Assembly (NCBI GenBank): GCA_964016885.1
Contig: OZ024741.1
Span: forward strand, 375,720,001 to 375,784,000
Direction: 5' to 3'
DNA from: Eledone cirrhosa
Lineage: Eukaryota
DNA length: 64,000 bases
Shown: positions 28,901-38,577 of the stretch, one piece after another
Position numbering within the stretch: the stretch's first letter is position 1
Layout of the letters: each line of letters opens with the position of its first letter
Program-made: the position numbers and the translations under genes
The notes under the pieces: generated by a model
Told to the model about the DNA's origin: nothing
The model's input: the letters and a program-made list of their open reading frames with translations, nothing else
The model's database searches: none

Positions 28901-29915
28901 GAACTTGTTGTTCTTGTTATTGTTGATGGTGATGGTGACAGTTAAGTTGTTGTTGTTGTTGTTGATGGTGATAGTGAAGCTGTTGTTGTTGTTGTTATTG
29001 TTGATGGTGATGGTGATAGTGAAGTTGTTGTTGTTGTTGTTGTTATTGTTGATGGTGATGGTGATAGTGAAGTTGTTGTTGGTGTTGTTATTGTTGAAGG
29101 TGATGGTGATAGTGAAGTTGTTGTTGTTGTTATTGATGGTGATGGTGATAGTGAAGTTGTTGTTGTTGTTGTTATTGTTGATGGTGATGGTGATAGTGAA
29201 GTTGTTGTTGTTGTTGTTATTGTTGATGGTGATGGTGATAGTGAAGTTGTTGTTGTTATTGTTGATGGTGATGGTGATAGTGAAGTTGTTATTGTTGTTA
29301 TTGTTGATGGTGATGGTGATAGTGAAATTGTTGTTGGTGTTGTTGTTGATGGTGATGGTGATAGTGAAGTTGTTGTTGTTGTTATTGTTGATGGTGATGG
29401 TGATAGTGAAGTTGTTGTTGGTGTTGTTATTGTTGAATGTGATGGTGATAGTTAAGTTGTTGTTGTTGTTGATGGTGATGGTGATAGTGAAGTTGTTGTT
29501 GTTGTTGTTGATGGTGATAGTGAAGTTGTTGTTGTTATTGTTGATGGTGATGGTGATATTGAAGTTGTTGTTGGTGTTGTTATTGTTGATGGTGATGGTG
29601 ATAGTGAAGTTGTTGTTGTTAGTGGAGATGGTGATGGTGAAGTTGTTGTTATTGTTGATGGTGATGGTGATAGTGAAGTTGTTGTTGTTGTTATTGTTGA
29701 TGGGGATAGTGAAGTTATTGTTGTTGTTATTGTTGATGGTGATGGTGATAGTGAAGTTGTTGTTGTTGTTGTTGTTGTTGTTGATGGTGATGGTGTTAGT
29801 GAAGTTGTTGTTGTTGGTGATAGTGAAGTTGTTGTTGTTGTTGTTGTTGATGGTGATGGTGATAGTGAAGTTGTTGTTGTTGGTGATAGTGAAGTTGTTA
29901 ATGTTGTTGTTGTCA
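10922..29915 (+). repeat. About 19-kb expanded array of the same GATGGT/GTT minisatellite, with internal higher-order duplications
   Basis: Continuous repeat; sequence at 14221-14340 recurs at 18961-19080 (offset 4740). Confidence 0.98.
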
Positions 29916-30109
29916 TTGTTGTTTATCTCTAGCTCAAACCTTACGAAGCCGACACATCATTAAAAACATTCCAACCATGAACATCCCATCTTTTTCTTAA
30001 GAGTAGGAAACCATTTTTTAAAAGAGAGCACAACGTGATACAAGGAATATTTGGCTGCTATTTCTAGCAGATCAAGCGACCACATAAACACTCTCATTGG
30101 CTACTTGAA

Positions 30110-30780
30110 GATGTTGCTTATGATGGTGATGTGGATTTTGTTATTGCCTTTGTTATTGTTTTTGATGGTATTGATATTGCTACTGTTGTTGCTATTGTTG
30201 TTATTGTTGATGTTGTTTGTGGTCGTGGTGATTATGATGTTGATGATGCTGGCATTGTTATTGTTTTCAATGGTGTAGTTATTGTTGTTGTTGGTGATAA
30301 TAATGTTATTGTTGTTGATGTTGTTATTGTTGTTGTTGATGTTGTTGTTAATGTTGTTGTTGTTGATGTTGTTATTGCTGATGTTATTGATGTTGTTATT
30401 GTTGTTATTGATGTTGTTATTGTTATTGATGTTATTGTTGTCGTTATTTGCTGATGTTATTGATGTTGTTATTGTTATTGCTGTCGTTATTATTGTTCTT
30501 GATATTGTTGTCATTGATGTTGTTATTGCTGATGTTATTGATGTTGTTATTGTTGTTATTGATGTTACCATTGTTGATGTTATTGTTGTTACTGTTGTTG
30601 TTATTGTTGTTGATGTTGATGTAATTGACGTTATTACTGTTGTTGTTGATGTTTTTGTTATTGTTGTTACTATTGTTTTTGCTGTTATTGTTGTTACTAT
30701 TGTTTTTGCTGTTATTGTTGTTACTATTGTTTTTGATGTTATTGTTACTATTGTTTTTGTTGTTATTGTTGCTGTTATTG
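30110..30780 (+). repeat. Degenerate (GTT/ATT/GAT) low-complexity tract
   Basis: Read directly. Confidence 0.9.
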
Positions 30781-30989
30781 GATAGGGGAAACGATGTCAA
30801 GGTTAAGATGCCAAACACTTAAGAAGTTGTTTAAACACTGAAGAGAGTGTTGATAGAGCTGAGTGCAAATAACGCTTATTTTTCTATTTAGCCAGACAAT
30901 GGTTTGCCTGAGTAAAAGTATTAGTCAACAAGCTGATAGATTCTGAGTTCATATCTCACTTTAAGTGTTTTTTTTCTTCTCTTTCTGAA

Positions 30990-31510
30990 GCAGGGCTCTT
31001 GATTTTTTTTGTTACCCTGTTTTTCCCAAAACCTACAAAAGGATGACTGTATGATGCTTGTGTGGTAAGTGCTATTTTGCTTAGTATGAAATATGGGCTG
31101 TGACAACAGAGATCATGCATAGACTGGAGAGAAATGAAGCAACCATGCTTCGTTGGATGTGTAATGTAAGTGTGAGAGAAAGGCAGAACTTGGACACGTT
31201 GAGGGAGAAGCTGGGTTTAAGAGAAGTCTGAGGTGGTGTGCAGGAGAGAAGCCTGCATTGGTATGGACATGGGATATGCATAGATAATGATCGCTGGGTG
31301 AAGAAGTTCAAGGAAATCCCAGTGGAAGGAAGCCACAGTGGAGGTAGACCAAGGAAGGCCTGGGCAGCAGTTGTGAGAGCTCGCCTCAAATTGCTGAGAC
31401 TCACAGAGGAAATTATTAAGGAGCATGGTGAGTGAAGAGATACGGCGCTGAGGTTCCATTCAACCTATACAAGATTGGAAAAATGGATGTAAAAATGATG
31501 ATGATGATTT
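30990..31510 (+). mobile_element. RTE-clade LINE 3' fragment
   Basis: Broken frames give RLERNEATMLRWMCNV...LREKLGL...LHWYGH...GRPRKAW; ends with a (GAT)n tail. Confidence 0.85.
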
Positions 31511-32403
31511 TAATCTCTGACTGAGAAATTGATACTAAATTGTTTGTAGGTATGACTATGGAGTTAAAAACATTGCTTTGTGGTTGCATGATTTTGTACT
31601 TGATCCCACTTTGGGCAAGTGTCTTCTACCATGGCCTCTGGTAAGCAGAAGCCTTCATCATTCATCATTTCATTTTACGTCTGCTTTTTCCCTGCTTGCA
31701 AGGGTGGGACGGGAACTGATGCTGGCTTGATTTCTACAGCTGGATGCCCTTCCTAACACCAACCTCATTTACAGTGAGTGCTGGGTGCTTTTTTGCCGTG
31801 GCACCTCCACGACCACTTTGCAGTGGAATGATAGGGACCCCAGTCCCTATCAACTCATTTCTACAGCTGAGTAAACTGGAGCAATGTGAAATAAAGTGTC
31901 TTGCTCAAGGAAACAACACATCACCCAGTCTGAGAATTGAACTCACAACCTTTCGCCATGTTGTTAAAGAAATTTAGATGGAAACTGTCTGGAAAGCCGT
32001 TGGATGGACCGTTGCTGTTATTCAGTGATATTTTTAATCTGTGTTCTGATATAAAACCACTAACGTTTGATGTCTTTAGTGGAGTTCAGTCTGTTGCAAG
32101 CATTCAAGCCAAGCCTCCAGTTTGATGAAAACTACCTCCACTCCTTTTCTCTAGTGTTGGAGGCCTTGAAAATAACCATGGACATTGTTCCTGACTAAGC
32201 AATAAAAAAGAAATAATCAAGAAAATTATACTAAATCTTATGGTGAATGTGTTCTGTAAGAGACTGGCATCCTATCCTGGGTGGAATTGGAAGACACCCC
32301 ACTCACCATCTACTTGAACATTCAAACAGTGAAGATATTCATCATTTTGTAAACACATAAAGGCAGTGGAGCAACTGATATAGTAGAACACCAGACTAAG
32401 TTC

Positions 32404-32893
32404 GGTGCTACTTTAGCATGCAGTCTACCAGGCTATTTACACTTTAGTGTGTGGTCTACTGTCTTTTACATCTCAGTGTGCAGCCTATGAGTTTCTTTTC
32501 TGAACAGAATGTGAATTTTGGCACCCCCTTCAAGGACAACGCAGTACAAGCCTGTATTCCCCACCACTGTCACGCTTTTGTTTTTCTTGCTAGTCACTAC
32601 CATATAGATGGCACGGACTTGCTCCTTGTGGTGTATCCAGGAGATTGTTTTCCTGTAAAAGTGCAACTGCTGTTTCTGCTGTTAAAATGACATGTCTCTA
32701 GAAATCTTTTAACAGCATTGTAGTGGGTAAAATGTATTACATCGATGTTATCAGGTTCAATTTGAGATGTGATTGTTTGTTGATTGCTTTTTTATATCGA
32801 TCAGTCATAGATGAAAAGGTAGACTGCATGCTAAAGTTCATTTCACAGCATAGACTATGGATACTCTGGTAGACCACATGCTAAAGTAGTACC
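32404..32893. mobile_element. MITE, about 490 bp, with 26-bp TIRs and subterminal repeats
   Basis: ggtgctactttagcatgcagtctacc ... ggtagaccacatgctaaagtagtacc; extra TIR-core copies at ~32441 and 32818. Confidence 0.75.
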
Positions 32894-33169
32894 TTAAATT
32901 CTGTGAAGTAATCTCCTGAATTCAAAGTCCATCTGAGGTACTGACATTGCTTTCATCTTTCCACTAAAATGTATGCTTATAATACTTATACTGGTGACAA
33001 TTCCAAATATATCTTTCCTCAATAACCTATACAGCATTGGGCTAATTTCAGCGGAATACTACGGTCTATATAACCATTTGTTTACAGCCCCCATATATGT
33101 GTCAATTTCAATAGAAACAACAGCTCTAAAAGCAATACTGAACATACTAAGTACACAGAGCAGTGCTAG

Positions 33170-34745
33170 GTGATGCAGTTACTGCACCAATGACATACTT
33201 GTTAACACTGTCCATGTTTTCAGCAATGATGTATGTATGGAATTTGGTGTTGGTTGGTTTGGGGTCCTGGTGGTGAGGAGGGGTGGGTTAAATGGAGGCA
33301 GCGGGGTACAGGTACCAATGGGTGAGATGATAGTGGAAATCGACACTGAAGAGGGATACAGGTGTTTGGGTATTCTGGAGGCAGATGACATCAAGAATAA
33401 TAACATGAAGGTGCTGATGAGGACTGAATGTATAAGGAGAATAAGGAATATACTAAAATCACATCTAAATAGTAGGAATGTCATAAGTGCAGTAAATTCC
33501 TGAGCTGTCTATTATTAGGTACAGTGTGGGAATTCTGAAATGGAATGCAAGAAAAAAAAACTGGATAGAAAGAAAAAGAAATTAATGACCACCTACAGTA
33601 TGTTTCATAAGAAGGGTGATGTTCATAGACTGTACTAAAGAAGAGGTCTTATCAGCATGGAGGACTGTGTTCAGATGGAGAACAGCTGTCTACATAAATA
33701 TGTGCCTGAGAGTAATGAACCAATACTTAATGCTGTATTGAAGGAGGAGACAATTGACCAAGGGTTTCCAAGAAAGAAGTAACAACAAAGAGGAAGAACA
33801 ACTTAAATGATAAGGCTCTTCATAGCATCATTTTAAAGAAAACAGAATTTAGAGATCCGCAGACATGGAACTGGTTAAAGAAAGGGGACCTTATGAAAGC
33901 CACAGAGGGAATGATACTGACTGGACAGGAGCAAGCCCTTAGAATGAAGTCGATGAAACACCACATTGACAAGGAAGGAGCTAGCCTACTCTGTAGGATC
34001 TGTAGAGAAAGAGAGGAAAGTGTGGCTCACATCGTATCCAAGTGTAAACACCTAGCCCAGACTCACTATAAAAGCTGGAGGCATGATATCACAGGAAAAG
34101 TGATTCACTGGCATTTATGCAAACTGAACAAATTACCTCATTTTGAGAAATGATATGAGCATAAGTCAGAGTTGATGTTGATGATAGAAAACGGGTGGTT
34201 TTTGACAAGGAAAAAAGATCTTGCTTGATTATAGATGTAGTTTACCCTTTTGACACAAGTGTTTACGTAAAGGAGAAGGAGAAAATTAACTGATACCAGG
34301 ATTTAAAGTGGGAACTGAAAAGTATTTGGAATCGTTCTGATTATTATAGGAGCCCTAGAAGGCAGTATCGGTAGAAAGTCTGACGTGATGCTTTGCAGCA
34401 TAGAGTTACAGCCCTTTATGATCTGAGTTCAAATCCCGTCGAGGTTAACTTTGCCTTTTATCCTTACGGGGTCGATAAAATAAAGTACCAGTCCCGTACT
34501 GGGGTTGATTTAATCGACTTTCTCCTCCCCCGAATTGCTGGCCTTGTGCCTATATAAGAGACCATTATTATAGGAGCACTAGGTACTCTCTTGAAGAACT
34601 TCCAAGGCTGGAACATGCATTCTGGGAACAGCAATGACCCTCCGATATGTTCTGAATATCCGATGCTGCAGGTTAAGGTTTGATGTTTATTAGGGCAAAT
34701 TTTCTGGTTAAATAACATCAATGACTGAGATACCAAAGTAATAAT
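33170..34745 (+). mobile_element. Decayed non-LTR retrotransposon with restriction-like endonuclease (R4/Dong-like)
   Basis: YRCLGILE (end of RT), TEGMILTGQEQAL, CRIC...ESVAHIVSKC zinc knuckle, WRHD, IIDV-x2-PFD, KE-x-EKI-x2-YQDL, IIIGALG; several stops and frameshifts; 3' end abuts TAA repeats. Confidence 0.85.
34359..34570 (+). mobile_element. tRNA-derived SINE inserted into the R4/Dong-like element, with TSD
   Basis: B-box-like gagttcaaatcc, core gccttt(t/c)atccttacggggtcgataaaataaagtaccag; flanked by the duplication attataggagc(c/a)ctag. Confidence 0.85.
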
Positions 34746-35034
34746 AACAATAATAATATACAACATTGTTGATGGTTGAAAATATTTAGTTATCAAGTGA
34801 AATAAATTATCATAAAATATTAGGCCGTTTTTTTTTTTTAAATCGACACAGTATGTACAGGAGGAGTCTTTTGTTTTTGTGATTTCCTTTTGTGTTTTCA
34901 TTGAAATATTTCTGTAATGTATTCTTCATAATTTATAATGTATTTGTGGCATAATAACAATCAGTCTCTTCATTTTGGTGTACTGTTGGTTTCTGGAATG
35001 ATAATAATAATAATGATGATGATGATGGTGATAA

Positions 35035-35066
<32 letters not shown>

Positions 35067-35650
35067 ATGGTTTCTATTCTAGGTATAAGGCCAGCAATTT
35101 GAGAAAAGATGAAAGTCTATAAAACTGATCCCAGTACCTGATTTGTGTGTTATCATATAAAACCTGGAAGGATGAAAGGCAAAGTTGGCCCCTAGCAGAC
35201 TTTGAACTCTGAATGATTCTGCCAATAAGAAAAGCTAAATAAAAAGTAGCCCTATATCTAAAAGAAGAGGAAACTTCCATGGAGACGTCTTCTCTCCTGT
35301 TCACATTGATCTGTAGATGTTCAGAGAGGGCTAGATAAACCATTAAGTAAAATAACCACATGTTTTGTCCATCAAGGAAAGAGGGACATCATTTTATTCA
35401 AATTTAATGTATTAAAAAAAAGTTTTGCAGATTTTATATATGGAGAGTACTATAATATTTTAGTACTTAGGGCTCGAAAGGGTCTTAATCTGGTTTTGAC
35501 TGCTCTAGTATCACCAGTCTAGTAGGTTCTATAAGAATCTTGAACACTTTCCTCATCCTTGACTAAATTATAGCCCTCATCCTCAAATAATAGATACATC
35601 TTAAAGTGTTATCAACTATACTAAGCCTTTATACAGAATATCCGAACATA

Positions 35651-35824
35651 TGAGGGTTGGTTGAAAACTTCATAGGCTGACTGTGAAATCTTGTATTCTT
35701 AATTTCAACTTTTCTTACTAATAACTGCATTATTTCTTTCCAAAGGCTATGTTGAAAAATAACCTCATTTAGTCATTTCATAAGAGTATCTTGATCAGCC
35801 TAAGAACTTTTGAGCCAACCGTCG
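35651..35824. mobile_element. Mariner-type MITE
   Basis: TA-flanked TIRs tgagggttggttgaaaacttcataggctga / tcagcctaagaacttttgagccaaccgtcg. Confidence 0.8.
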
Positions 35825-36427
35825 TAGAAACAAAGGCAATTCTAAGTTAATACATGAGGTAAGTAGTATAAACATGCATCATATATATCACAAAAGGGTT
35901 GTTTGGCAAAATCATTATCCCAGTATTTCTTATGGATTTTGTATGAATTTCAATGAAGTTAATTAACTTTCATTGATCTTTCCAGGATGAATAAAATAGA
36001 GTAGCAGTCAAATACTAAGTCTGTTTTCTTGCTCCTGTCTGCCAGTCTGTCCATCTCTCTCTCTCTCTCTTTGTCTCTATCTGAATAGGCCGATTGCTTA
36101 CTGGTTATGGTCATCCAAACGATCATGTCAACTGGTGCCAAAAAAGGTACAAAACACGCCTTTAGACGCTGGTCACCAAATCCTTCTCATCTTCGCAGAA
36201 AAAGCAAAATAAAATAAAAGCTTGCGAAAGAACCATCCAAAGAAAACTTTTTCAGTCCTGTGGTAGACATGGTAGTAATGGACAAACTGATGTATTGAGC
36301 AGCACAGGACAAACAGACAGCATTTGGAAATGGCAGCATTACAATAATATGGGCCTTGTCTATATTAACTGAGAGAAAGGATAGGGAAAAATTACCAGAT
36401 ATTATTATTATTATTAAGAAAACAAGG

Positions 36428-36635
36428 GTGGTGGATTGACAGAAATGCTAGAACATTGGGTAATATACATATAATCATGGCCCTTTATGTTCTGATTTCA
36501 AATCCTGCTGAATTTAGGTTTGTCTTTCATCCTTATGGGGTTGATGAAATAAAGCACCAGTGATGTACTGAGGTCGATTTAATTGATTTTTCTTCCTTTT
36601 AAATTGCTGGCCTTAGCCAAATGTAGAATCAATTA
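36428..36635 (+). mobile_element. tRNA-derived SINE; further copies at ~850, 35070, 38655, 40615, 43700, 45890-46205, 46987-47320, 60117-60505, 60650, 61780
   Basis: Shared core ctttcatcc...ggggt(c/t)gat(a/g)aaataaag(t/c)accag and tail aattgctggcct. Confidence 0.8.
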
Positions 36636-37234
36636 TAAGAAGACAAAGTAACAAACACTCACCCAGACATTGCAGCGACGTTTAAATTCTGGAAAATGTA
36701 AAATGTAAATAGATAACAAAAGATTCAAGGTCCAAGTTTTTAAAAAAATGGCATATTATTAAACATGGTAATAAATTGGTAGGTATAATAGCCTTTAACC
36801 CTTTCCCACTGAGCAACAATTGGGAGCTTCTACATAGTAGCTTGATCTGCTAGAGATAGAAATTGTATCTCCAACAGATTATACAACACTTCAAATAAAG
36901 GTCTTTACACTAGAAAATGTTATAAAATGTTATAAAATAAAAGAAAAACGAAGAAAAAGGTATTGTCACAAATAGAACACCTTGATCACTACTTGGTCTG
37001 CTCAAACAGAGCTAACCTGGAACTAAACCATAGAAGCTACAACTGTTAAATGTAATATCACCACTCTTCAGATATGTCAAGGGTGGGACAATCTGTCTAA
37101 TGCTGGTGACACTATAAACACTCTCTGCGCTGTGTAAAGAGGTTAGTGGTAGGAAGGGCTTCCAGCCATAATAATACTTGCCAAAGTAAGTGTCGAGAGG
37201 ACTCTTCAGTTGTGCCAAAGACAAAACAATATAT

Positions 37235-37500
37235 ATATTTTTGAAAATTGAGATTATCACTCCTGATTGCCATTGCTTAGGTGTCTTTCCAGAGATCCAG
37301 GCCTCCCCGTACACACGGGACAGCCAGAGAATACCTCTCTATTTAAAGCATTTAACATCTTGGGCCAGATTTCACCTTCCTCAGTAGCCTTGCTACGTTT
37401 GTGCTCTTTAACTGCTCTTGTGACCTCAGCCTCCGAGAGATTAGTCACTGCTCCCAGATGCACTTTTACATCAGAAGATGTAAAAACATCCAAAGTTAAG
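37235..37500 (-). mobile_element. LINE reverse-transcriptase N-terminal fragment (RTE-like)
   Basis: SEAEVTRAVKEHKRSKATEEGEIWPKMLNAL and WISGKTPKQWQSGVIISIFK in two frames. Confidence 0.75.
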
Positions 37501-37830
37501 ACATGGGAGGACTGTGTTTAAGCTGGAATCCGACTTCAGATCAGCAAATAAAATGTTCTGGTAGACCATCCACCAACTTTGCAATAAAAAGTCCTCCTCC
37601 ACACCTGCTATCAAGAACACATCTGGGGATTTCCTCTCTCCAGAGAGTTGCATCCTCACAAGGTGGCGAGAATACTTTGCTGATCTCCTACATCCGATCA
37701 CAACTCACACACACGCCACACACATATATAAAGAGTCAAAACTCGTGGGCGAGAACAACAGAAAAATGGACGAAATACAGTATAGTCCCTTCTAATCAGT
37801 TGACCGCTGCTGGTCTATATATATTGTTTT

Positions 37831-37836
37831 TTTATT
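37831..37836 (-). promoter_or_regulatory. Candidate polyadenylation signal AATAAA for the phosphatase mRNA
   Basis: TTTATT on + strand about 610 nt downstream of the putative stop. Confidence 0.3.
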
Positions 37837-38449
37837 GGTAATACTTTATAACTAGATTTTTCATGTAATGTAAAGGCTTCAACCACATAAAGAAGCGAAG
37901 AAACAAAATATATGGGAAAAATATATATCTCCCACACCGCTGTTTATGAAAAATATTTGTAGTCGCAATAATTGCTTTCAATTATGCATCATAACCAAGG
38001 TAATTAATATAAGGGAAATAACTCCTTATTCGTAAATTATAAATGGTTTGCGGAAGTTATTTCCCTTGAAATTACAGCCTATTTTAAAATGATAATCTTT
38101 GAAAATATGTGTATAATTAAAAAAGTATTGTTTTTAAGAAAAGGGCTCTAAAAATATGTGTCCATGAGAACGTGAAAAGAAAAGCTGAATTTTTTATATA
38201 TTAAGTTGGATGAGGCGATAGGAGTTGTTGAGAATTAAGGAAAATTCTTCTTCATCCTACATCACGAAAGCACTATATTTGTATAGATACTTAACACTAC
38301 TAAATATTTAAAGTACTCTGATTTTGTTCGCGATAGCACTTAACATCTACGCCAACATTAAGGGCCTAATTATTATAGCTGAAAGTGGGGAATATTTAGA
38401 AAGCAAGTTCGGAAACAGAACCTAAAATTGAAAGTCCTTGATGAAAAAT

Positions 38450-38577
38450 TTAGACTAAAATATTTAGTAAGTAGGAAAGAAAGCAAGACCCTTCCACTAT
38501 GAATGATATGGCTAGGCTGGATATGCAGAAAAACTCGGGAAGAATTTCATATAATGTACCGAATGAATATAATGTAC
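38450..38577 (-). CDS. Probable terminal acid phosphatase exon with hydrophobic C-terminus (G/TLYSFGTLYEILPEFFCISSLAISFIVEGSCFLSYLLNILV*)
   Basis: Strong polypyrimidine acceptor (ttttttatgttctgcttccatag), phase matches the previous exon, ends in TAA at 38452-38450; followed by AT-rich sequence with AATAAA at 37836-37831. Confidence 0.55.

Noticed and set aside
1425-29963. Huge poly-Leu/Val/Met, VDGDGDSEV and Asn/Thr ORFs (up to 1,495 aa)
   Set aside because: They are translations of a triplet minisatellite, open in several frames on both strands, with arbitrary frame switches and no unique domains. The DGDGD resemblance to Ca-binding motifs is compositional.
34359-34445. tRNA gene
   Set aside because: Only A/B-box-like remnants are present as the head of a SINE, with no cloverleaf.
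34464-34901. 145-aa minus-strand ORF with a hydrophobic stretch
   Set aside because: It runs antisense through the retrotransposon 3' end, a TAA repeat and a SINE, so it is a chance ORF.
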